From the NCBI GenBank assembly GCA_016699935.1, contig CP064992.1, forward strand, positions 840,001 to 872,000: a DNA stretch of 32,000 bases, written 5' to 3'. The stretch comes from Candidatus Saccharimonadota bacterium. GTDB lineage: Bacteria > Patescibacteriota > Saccharimonadia > Saccharimonadales > UBA4665. The translations under genes and the position numbers were made by a program. The notes under the pieces are model-generated. The model ran no database searches and had not been told where the DNA came from. It saw only the letters and a program-made list of their open reading frames with translations. Of this stretch, positions 25,291 through 32,000 are shown piece by piece. Positions within the stretch are counted from its first letter, which is position 1. Every line of letters begins with the position of its first letter.

Positions 25291-26688
25291 TTAGAACATT
25301 GACCACAGGGCGGCGAGGCCGGCGGTGGTCATAAGGAGGGTGGTCGCCCAGCCAATGATCGTGGTTGTGCGGTGGTTTGTCCAGTGCCCCATGATTTTTT
25401 TCTGGCTTGCAAGCTTTACGATGAAAAACAGCACAAATGGCGCGACGATGCCGTTTGCCGCCGCTGAATAGATGAGCGCTTTTATGGGGTCAATGCCGAC
25501 AAAATTCAGGCCAAGCCCAACTAGCATCGATATGATGATGACGCCGTAAAAGGCGTGAGCTTGTTTGAGCGGGCTGTGCAGTCCTCCCTTCCACTTCAAA
25601 CTTTCTGACACGGCGTAGCTCGACGAGCCGGCGAGCACAGGGATAGCCAGCATACCCGTGCCGATGATGCCGATGGCAAACAGATAGTAGGTGGCATCGC
25701 CAGCGAATGGTCGCAGTGCTTCGGCGGCTTGGGCGGCGCTGGTGATATTGGTTATACCGTTTGGAAACAGTACCCAGCCACAGACGGCAATAATGAAAAA
25801 CATGACCAGGTTGCTCAGGAACATTCCGCTCCAGACATCTATACGCATGCGCTTGATTTGCTCGGGAGCCGTCGCGCTGTGCCGTTCGCGAAGCGTCGTT
25901 TTGCCCTCGAGGATTTCCTCTTCTACCTCCTGGCTCGTTTGCCAGAAAAATAAGTATGGCGATATGGTGGTGCCTAGGATGGCGCAGATGAGCAGGAGGC
26001 TGTCTTTGTTCAATGACAAGTTCGGTACGAAAGTGCTTTTGAGTGCTTCGCCCCAGTCGATTTTTGCGAGTATTGCAGACACGATATAGCTGAGTAGCAC
26101 GAGCGCGAGCCATTTGAGGTAGCGGGCGTACTTGGCATAGGGCATGAGTACTGGCAGCAGCAGGCTCAGGAGCGTGAAGCCAACCACAAGCCAGCCGAAT
26201 GAAAAGCTTGGACGGAGCAGTTGCACGGCTTTTGCCATAGCCCCGAGATCAGCGCCGATATTGAAGGCATTTGCAGCGAACAATAGCAAGGTAACGAACC
26301 GGAGCATGCGCCGGGAAAAATGGATACGGATATTGCCCGCCAGTCCCCTGCCTGTCACCATGCCGATGCGAGCGCACATTTCCTGGACGATGCTCATGAG
26401 CGGGAATGTGAAGGGTGCGAGCCATAAAAAACCGAACCCGTGCTGTGCGCCAGCTTGGCTATAAGTCGCTATGCCCGATGGGTCGTCGTCGCTTGCTCCA
26501 GTAGTTAGACCAGGACCTAAAGCGTGCCAGTAGTTTTTTGCCCGTTTCACGCCCGCTGTGGCCTGCTCTAGGGGTTTTTGCGTGACTTTATTGCCTAGTT
26601 CCAACGTTTTGTCGAGCATCACGGCTGGCATTTCCACGCTTTTTTCGAGGAGTTTGTCGGGGTTAAATCGTTTCTGTTCTGTGGGCAT
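25291..26688 (-). CDS. NRAMP-family divalent metal cation transporter
   Basis: 465 aa, about 11 TM, with N-terminal GPGLTTGASDDDPSGIATYSQAGAQHGF, typical of the NRAMP-related bacterial clade. Confidence 0.8.
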   Translation of the reverse strand: MPTEQKRFNPDKLLEKSVEMPAVMLDKTLELGNKVTQKPLEQATAGVKRAKNYWHALGPGLTTGASDDDPSGIATYSQAGAQHGFGFLWLAPFTFPLMSIVQEMCARIGMVTGRGLAGNIRIHFSRRMLRFVTLLLFAANAFNIGADLGAMAKAVQLLRPSFSFGWLVVGFTLLSLLLPVLMPYAKYARYLKWLALVLLSYIVSAILAKIDWGEALKSTFVPNLSLNKDSLLLICAILGTTISPYLFFWQTSQEVEEEILEGKTTLRERHSATAPEQIKRMRIDVWSGMFLSNLVMFFIIAVCGWVLFPNGITNITSAAQAAEALRPFAGDATYYLFAIGIIGTGMLAIPVLAGSSSYAVSESLKWKGGLHSPLKQAHAFYGVIIISMLVGLGLNFVGIDPIKALIYSAAANGIVAPFVLFFIVKLASQKKIMGHWTNHRTTTIIGWATTLLMTTAGLAALWSMF

Positions 26689-26738
26689 AATAATAAGTAT
26701 AAGCTGTTTGCCCGTATTGTATCAGAGTATCTGGTCAC

Positions 26739-27352
26739 TTAGTAGCGGGAAAGTTGGCGGTTAAAAGCACGAAGGTGGTTTTCGGAACCACTGCGCAGTT
26801 TTTCTAGCGCCAAGACAATGTCGCTTTCGGTTGCCGTAGCAAGTTGTTTGGTGATGTCCGCTATGTCCTTTTCTTCTATGGCGACGCCAACTTTATATGC
26901 CTCGGAGGCGCTTTGCCTCCCCTGGGCGATGAGTTGGTCGTAGAGGGCCTGAAGTTCAGTATTGTTGAATTTACCCAGCTCTGTTGAACGTGGATCGGGT
27001 AAACTACGAGCAGTTAGCAGCGTCAAAACTTCGCCCTGATGCGTCTGTTCGCTATTTAAAATATTGCCAAATACATTTGCGCCGTACTCATCATGCATGA
27101 CGCTGTAAACATCATGAGCAAGTTTTTCTTCCTCTATAAGATAGGCGAGTAGTTCGTTTTGGGATGATTTATTTGCTAAGGATGCTGATGAACTTGTGTT
27201 TTCTGGCTTTGTCATTTTCACCGTTTTTGGCTGGCTGTCTGGGTAGACGTCTTCGAAGAATCTGATTTCACAATTGAGTAGGTTACGCCAGCAACGACTA
27301 TAAGCAACACCACCGCAGTAAGCACAATTGGCTTGTTAAATAATATTTTCAA
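26739..27352 (-). CDS. DUF2202 (ferritin-like) protein with an N-terminal signal anchor, one frame break
   Basis: LIEEEKLAHDVYSVMHDEYG...NILNSEQTHQGEV...AIEEKDIADI...SENHLRAF. A TTG start at 27350-27352 is preceded by AAGGAGG and gives MKILFNKPIVLTAVVLLIVVAGV.... It joins the tracked ORF if one base is added at the T5 run 27224-27228. Confidence 0.65.
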
Positions 27353-27366
27353 TGGAATCCTCCTTT

Positions 27367-27775
27367 TTATTGGACGAGGGTGCCGCCGACGGCCTTTACC
27401 TCATCAAGTCCGCCGAGGTCAGTCACGACTGAGTACCCAGCATCTTTGAGAAGCGTTGTAGCTTGTGACGAACGGTTCCCACTACGGCAATATACGTATA
27501 GAGGCTGAGTTTTGGCTGAGTCTGGCAGCTTGCCCGCCTGCATATCTTGCAGGCTATGATTGACCGCGCCGGCGAAGTGACCACTGGCATATTCTTCTGC
27601 TGTACGGACATCTAGCAAGGTCGCAATGCCTTTCTCGGCTTCTGTCTTTACTGTAGCGAATGACAGTTTAGCAGCAGGTTGTTTGCTTATTTCCGGCGAG
27701 CTGGCGGGCTTAGAGACAATCATGAAGCTTCCGATAGCACCTACAAGAAGTGCGAGAACAATTATTATTTTTTCA
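27367..27775 (-). CDS. Rhodanese-domain sulfurtransferase with a signal peptide, one frame break
   Basis: LLDVRTAEEYASGHFAGAVN...VYCRSGNRS (active-site Cys loop). The upstream ATG at 27773-27775 gives MKKIIIVLALLVGAIGSF, which is in frame only if the T6 run 27767-27772 gains one base. Confidence 0.75.
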
Positions 27776-27825
27776 TACTAAACCCCTTTTCATACTTTAC
27801 TTTGTATAGTATACTCTTAAGTATT

Positions 27826-28086
27826 ATGAATCACAAAATTATCATAGACGTCCGGGAACCTTTTGAATACAAAATGGGACATGTGGAGGGTGCTATAAAT
27901 ATACCACCTTCTCGCCTGCTCAGTAATCCTCCAGAACTAGCAGATCTGCCTCGGGACGCAGAAATAGTCGTTTATTGCTTGAGCGGCAGTCGTAGCAACG
28001 CAACCATGCCCTACTTGCGGCAAATGGGCTTCACAAATGTCACAAACGGAATCAACAAACACCACGTTGAACGCAACCACCTATAG
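27826..28086 (+). CDS. Single-domain rhodanese (86 aa)
   Basis: IIDVREPFEYKMGHVEGAINIP...VVYCLSGSRS. I take the start at the ATG at 27826 rather than the tracked 27679. Confidence 0.8.
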   Translation: MNHKIIIDVREPFEYKMGHVEGAINIPPSRLLSNPPELADLPRDAEIVVYCLSGSRSNATMPYLRQMGFTNVTNGINKHHVERNHL

Positions 28087-28105
28087 TCCCTCGTTGTAAT
28101 AACTT

Positions 28106-28270
28106 GTCATTCCCGTCCCCAGCCCAGGTTGAGGATAAACACCGGCGGGAATCCACATGTCTCTTCTCGCCATGCCGAATATATTTCGGCAACCATACGT
28201 CACCGTCTGTCATTCTGAACGAAGTGAAGAATCTTCCTCGCGCTTGTCATTCCCGCGCAGGCGGGAATCC
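28106..28270 (+). repeat. Cluster of GTCAT-type hairpin repeat units
   Basis: 28106-28154: GTCATTCCCG...CGGGAATCC. 28209-28236: GTCATTCTGAACGAAGTGAAGAATCTTC. 28246-28270: GTCATTCCCGCGCAGGCGGGAATCC. There is also the hairpin GCCGAA-TATAT-TTCGGC at 28174-28190. Confidence 0.8.
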
Positions 28271-28418
28271 ATGCGCTTCCCGACGTTTGTACATACACGA
28301 AACTTTAACTATTCACTGAACTTCACTTCCACGGGTAGTTCTCGGACTGCCTGCCGACCAACTTTGGGCAGCCAAAGTTGGACAAAGCTGCCGGGGAGAG
28401 TGCAAACGACCGGCTTAC

Positions 28419-28518
28419 TTGAAATTTCTTTTGACCTGTTTGGTTCCTCTCGAAACTCCCCCGCCTTTAAGCGGGGTCAAACATTCTCGTCACGCAAGCA
28501 GTCCAAAAGAAATTTCAA
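28419..28518. repeat. 100-bp unit bounded by 15-17-bp terminal inverted repeats (MITE-like)
   Basis: TTGAAATTTCTTTTGAC (28419-28435) pairs with GTC(C)AAAAGAAATTTCAA (28501-28518), with a perfect 15-bp core. The interior contains the hairpin CCCCCGCCTTTAAGCGGGG (28458-28476). Confidence 0.6.
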
Positions 28519-28730
28519 ATCAGTCGTTATGCAGCTGCGTCCCGCAGCCCCAGAACTGCGCGGTTAGCAGCATAGCTGCACCGGAAGATTCTCTTGCGAC
28601 CCGCCACTGGCGGCTCTCACCCGGTACCCCAAGAAACGACCTCTAACAGCGTCGAGGAAAGCACGTACGGCGCATCAGTCTATGTTCTGCAATATCGCTT
28701 CGCGATATTTTGCGGCCTAACGGGCGCAGC

Positions 28731-28758
28731 TAAGCTCTAAGCTCTAAGCTCTAAGCTA
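28731..28758. repeat. Heptanucleotide repeat (TAAGCTC)x3 plus TAAGCTA
   Basis: Counted directly. The last unit contains the TAG stop (28756-28758, minus strand) of the VKOR gene. Confidence 0.85.
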
Positions 28759-29469
28759 CAAAACCGTTTGCCAGTAGTACCAGAAATGGTTGAGGATGAA
28801 GGCGATGATGGCGAGGAACCAAAACACCAAGATATCGGCGTGGTGTTTCTGGATAAATAATACCGCTTTGTTCCACTTGCCGTGCAGTCGAAAATGCTCG
28901 GCACGTAGGCCGTAGAGGAAAATGTACCAAAACCCGACGATGGTCGCGACCCAGGTGACCATGCAGTACGGGCAGAGGTGCTCAAGCACCCATATACTTT
29001 GGTAGATAAACCAATGGACAAAAACGAGGCCAGCAAACATACCGGCTTGCAGCCCGAGCCAGAACCAGCGACTGAACCGCGCTCCAGCCAGTAGTGCCAT
29101 ACCCATCGTAAGCATGATGGTAAAGGTGATGATGCCAAAGAATTGGTTTGGTATGCCGAGTAGCGCGTGTCCTTGCCAGACATCCATGGAGGGGCCGCAA
29201 CTAATGATGGGATTGAGGTCGCAGTTGAGGGGTGCGCTAGGGTTCTTCAGGTGGTGAAACTCCTCAAGCGCAAGTATAAAAGCGGCAAACAGGCCAAGAA
29301 TGCCGCTGCCAATAAGAATTGTTGGCACATGACGCTCAAGCCAGTTCAAGTGCCGCGGATGAGCCTGGCTCTTAACTTGGGGTGCGCTTTTAACAGAGGC
29401 GGTTTTCACCCGGGGCTGACTTTGCCCTTTGTCCTTTGCCCTTTGCCCTTTGCTGCTGCCTTGACTCAT
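28756..29469 (-). CDS. Vitamin K epoxide reductase (VKOR) family membrane protein
   Basis: Loop cysteines NCDLNPIISCGPS and the active-site CPYC in a TM helix (LEHLCPYCMVTWVATI), with 4-5 TM segments. Confidence 0.75.
   Translation of the reverse strand: MSQGSSKGQRAKDKGQSQPRVKTASVKSAPQVKSQAHPRHLNWLERHVPTILIGSGILGLFAAFILALEEFHHLKNPSAPLNCDLNPIISCGPSMDVWQGHALLGIPNQFFGIITFTIMLTMGMALLAGARFSRWFWLGLQAGMFAGLVFVHWFIYQSIWVLEHLCPYCMVTWVATIVGFWYIFLYGLRAEHFRLHGKWNKAVLFIQKHHADILVFWFLAIIAFILNHFWYYWQTVL
29420..29454. repeat. Imperfect heptanucleotide repeat (CTTTGCC-type) x5 inside codons 6-17 of the VKOR gene
   Basis: CTTTGCC CTTTGTC CTTTGCC CTTTGCC CTTTGCT, which encodes SSKGQRAKDKGQ on the minus strand. 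Confidence 0.8.
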
Positions 29470-29487
29470 GTAATATGCCTCTTTTCA

Positions 29488-30657
29488 TTATTCACTGCAT
29501 TTGCCAGTGCTGACAGATGCTTTTTGGTTCTGTGCGGTACGAAGGAGCTCGTGTATTTGTTCCATGGTGAGCGCGTACCCGATGTTATTGTACGTGGTAG
29601 ATGTGGCGAACACAACGCCAAGCACGGTGCCGTCACTGGCAACGACTGGACCACCTGAGTTACCGTGGACAATAGTGGTTTGTAAACTGTAAACTTCACG
29701 AGTCGTACGACTTCTGCCGTAGATATCTTTCCCAATAGCCTCAAACCGGTCAAGTACTATAGCAGGGCTCACCTGGTATTCACCGCCACCGGGTAACCGA
29801 GTGCAAACGCCGCAGATCCTGCGGCTGGATTCATGCGATTTATTGTCAGCGCAGGACGGTTGAGGCCTGGTACTCGTAGGACGGCTATGTCATTGCTTGG
29901 GTCGAACACGGTAACAGTCGTGTTGAAAGCGTCATTCCCTGCCCGGATTTTTGGGTTGCCGACGCCGGCTACAACGTGTGCGTTGGTAGCGACAAGCTCC
30001 GATGCAAACACAAAACCACTTCCGTCCACGATGCCACCGCAGCCGAGACCCTCGATTTTTACTACCGACGGCTCGATAGCGCGGAGCATGGCGGTGAAAC
30101 TCTCAGGCTTAGGCAATGTATGCCGCGCATCTGGTGAAGGTTCTCTCCCAGCAAAAACCTCTGGGGATTGATTGGGGTCTATCAGCGAGTTGAGGCTTCG
30201 GAGGAGAGTTGCAGCTGGGGGGAGTTCCCCGTTTAAGGTACCAAGGATATGCGAGTTTTTTAATTGAGCTTGGAGGCTGCTGGGTGGCGCTAGCGCGAAG
30301 AGGGCGCTTGCTAACCAAATACCCAGCAGGAGCGTGACGACTGACATTGCAGCACCGATGACATTATCCATACGCTGCACGGTGTGATTACGTACGGCTA
30401 GTTTGAGCCGAACTGCGAGTATTTCACCTACGGTCATGAACGCAAAACACGTAGTGAGCAGGACGGCCAAGCCTGCGAGTGGTTTAGAGGGTCCGCTCAC
30501 GTGATCCATGGCGAGTGTAGATAGCCATGAACCCGGAAATAGCCCAATTATGAAAGCAATCGTCGAAACAAATTGCCGCAAAAAACCGATTTGATACCCG
30601 CGTAGTAACGCTCCTATGGCAAGAAGTACAATGACAATATCGACAAGTGGTATATTC
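29488..30657 (-). CDS. MarP-like protein: CvpA-family membrane domain fused to a trypsin-like serine protease, one frame break
   Basis: MNIPLVDIVIVLLAIGALLRGYQIGFLRQF (CvpA-type). Protease His region ELVATNAHVV, Asp NDIAVLRV, Ser HGNSGGPV. ORFs 29769..30671 and 29488..29772 join (..LGYPGGGEYQVSPAIV..) if one base is added at 29789-29790. Confidence 0.8.
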
Positions 30658-30671
30658 ATAACCGCTGACAC

Positions 30672-31577
30672 CTAGTGTAGCGCGTTTTTGGCAGTTTTGG
30701 CAGAGCTTGCCCGAATAATCCGTTCTTTCGCGTGTAGACCAACGGCTAGAACAAATAACAACCCCAGAAACAGAATATAAGCTGCTCTGTCTACTAAACT
30801 TGCTGCGACAATGTCGGATGTAGCGACGCCATGGATGCTTTGCGAAAATAGCAGGAAGGCTTCGCGGATACCTATACCATCTGGAGTTACCGAAACAAAC
30901 AGCGCAAAGTTAGCTGCGCCCGTATATGACAGTGCTTGACCGAGTGAGACGTCGGTACCGCTGGCTCGAAGCGTTAGGTAAAACCTTACCGTTAGGAATA
31001 ATATTTGCAGTACGGTGAAGATGACAACGCCTGTCATGAGGGGTGCTGTGAGGATGAGGTGCTTTGATTCTGAGCTGTGTTTTTTTGAAATCGTATGAAT
31101 CACAAGAGCGCTTGATCCAACTGCGGCCATCACCGCCAGGGCTGTTTGCCACCATGGTCGTGTGCCGACTGCCAGGCAGAATGCGCTCAGTACTGCGAAG
31201 ACAGCATAGGCAACGAGGGTGACGAGTACGTACCGCTTGAGCGGTAGCCCGTGCTTAGCCTTCAAGTAGGCGGCGCGGACGCCTGGCCCGCTTTGCAAGG
31301 GTCCGAAAAAGTTCGCTATAGATGAATATATGGTTAGCAACATGTTTTCGGTAGCCGGAAGGCGGATGCCAACCATGCGGACGAGGACTTGGTACAGTCC
31401 GATGAGTGCAGCCATACCACCGATGTTTGCGAGCAGTATCGCAGCTAGCCAAGCTGGATTGGTTGCCTTGAGCTGCGTAATTTGATCGGGGTGAGTTTTA
31501 ATATACCAGATGAACGCGGCAATGGTTGCCAGCAGAACCGTACCGACTGCCCAGCTTCGCACCATTCGCTTATTCAT
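30672..31577 (-). CDS. UPF0104 / lysylphosphatidylglycerol-synthase-TM-region-like (flippase-like) membrane protein
   Basis: 301 aa, about 8 TM, with ...TIYSSIANFFGPLQSGPGVRAAYLKAKHGL... and ...VTPDGIGIREAFL..., as in the UPF0104 family. Confidence 0.65.
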   Translation of the reverse strand: MNKRMVRSWAVGTVLLATIAAFIWYIKTHPDQITQLKATNPAWLAAILLANIGGMAALIGLYQVLVRMVGIRLPATENMLLTIYSSIANFFGPLQSGPGVRAAYLKAKHGLPLKRYVLVTLVAYAVFAVLSAFCLAVGTRPWWQTALAVMAAVGSSALVIHTISKKHSSESKHLILTAPLMTGVVIFTVLQILFLTVRFYLTLRASGTDVSLGQALSYTGAANFALFVSVTPDGIGIREAFLLFSQSIHGVATSDIVAASLVDRAAYILFLGLLFVLAVGLHAKERIIRASSAKTAKNALH

Positions 31578-31622
31578 ATGCTAGTATCGTACCACTGCTT
31601 GACTGCGCTATACTACCTTGGA

Positions 31623-32000
31623 ATGAAGAAAAACCGTACCAAGCAGTTCCCCGAGGTTGTCGTGACCCTAGTCGCATCTTCGTGGTTTTGGCGGATCATG
31701 CTTGGGCTGTTTATTGTGCAAGCAGTCTACATTGCTCTTGTGGGGCGGTTTTCGATGGCGTTTGATGAGCATTTTCGTTTGGCCGCTATCCAAGAATATG
31801 CCAAAGTACTATTCCCCTGGCAGGTGACGCAGCCGCCAGGTCCAGCCGAACTGAGCGCGTTTACCGCAGATGGCTCGTACCTCTACCACTACCTGATGAG
31901 CTGGCCATATCGGTTGATGACGCTTGTGACTAGTTCGACGACCGCACACATTGTCATGATGCGACTTATCGATGTTGGGCTGGTCGTAGCAGGCTTTATG
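31623..32000 (+). CDS. GT-C-type (family 39/ArnT-like) membrane glycosyltransferase, N-terminal part; continues beyond the window
   Basis: My own translation from the ATG at 31623: MKKNRTKQFPEVVVTLVASSWFWRIMLGLFIVQAVYIALVGRFSMAFDEHFRLAAIQEY.... It is open to position 32000. The first-loop DE motif after TM1 is typical of GT-C enzymes. It is absent from the ORF track because it has no in-window stop. Confidence 0.45.
   Translation, partial: MKKNRTKQFPEVVVTLVASSWFWRIMLGLFIVQAVYIALVGRFSMAFDEHFRLAAIQEYAKVLFPWQVTQPPGPAELSAFTADGSYLYHYLMSWPYRLMTLVTSSTTAHIVMMRLIDVGLVVAGFM

Noticed and set aside
25490-26113. Long antisense or alternate-frame ORFs in the track (for example 25490..26113, 1706..2215, 1950..2444, 2422..2916, 4668..5216, 9205..9684, 12448..12843, 29167..29658)
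   Set aside because: Each lies entirely within or opposite a gene with clear homology-grade motifs. Their products are Arg/Pro/Ser-rich or otherwise compositionally biased shadow ORFs typical of sequence at about 50% GC or higher.
28648-28665. CGAGGAAAGCAC resembling the RNase P RNA P4 motif GAGGAAAGUCC
   Set aside because: Only 8 nt match. The VKOR coding region starts about 90 nt downstream, leaving no room for a roughly 350-nt RNase P RNA, and no complementary P4 strand was seen.

Overview
32-kb, roughly 50% GC, gene-dense bacterial chromosomal segment with most genes on the minus strand. The gene content resembles a small-genome Patescibacteria/CPR (Saccharibacteria-like) organism: sortase-domain protein, MarP-like CvpA-protease fusion, DUF3048, a PEGA-type protein fragment, a compact housekeeping set and CCA-encoding tRNAs. 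That placement is inference only, since no search was run. TGA ends conserved-length proteins, so the standard code appears to be used. Recognisable genes are a sensor histidine kinase, gltX, an alaS 5' fragment, pyrH, exonuclease III, proline iminopeptidase, a MacB-type ABC ATPase plus FtsX permease, an NRAMP transporter, two rhodaneses, VKOR, two HD hydrolases, two Nudix proteins, a HAD-IB phosphatase, a YjeF_C-type protein, tRNA-Leu(CAA) and tRNA-Ser(GGA). Four things stand out. (1) Both tRNA loci are surrounded by partial, degenerate copies of the same tRNA. At the Ser locus an 80-aa GIY-YIG nuclease ORF sits exactly between an identical 38-nt copy of the tRNA 5' half and the intact gene, and both partial copies carry a hairpin insertion at the same anticodon position. 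(2) A dispersed family of short GTCAT-type hairpin repeats includes an exact 28-nt copy shared between a 650-bp hairpin-rich noncoding region and an in-frame insertion inside a coding gene. (3) There are three heptanucleotide tandem-repeat tracts. (4) There are about 17 reading-frame breaks, essentially all at homopolymer runs. These look like systematic sequencing or assembly indels rather than biology, and they lower confidence in every pseudogene call. No CRISPR array, rRNA, transposase or integrase was seen.
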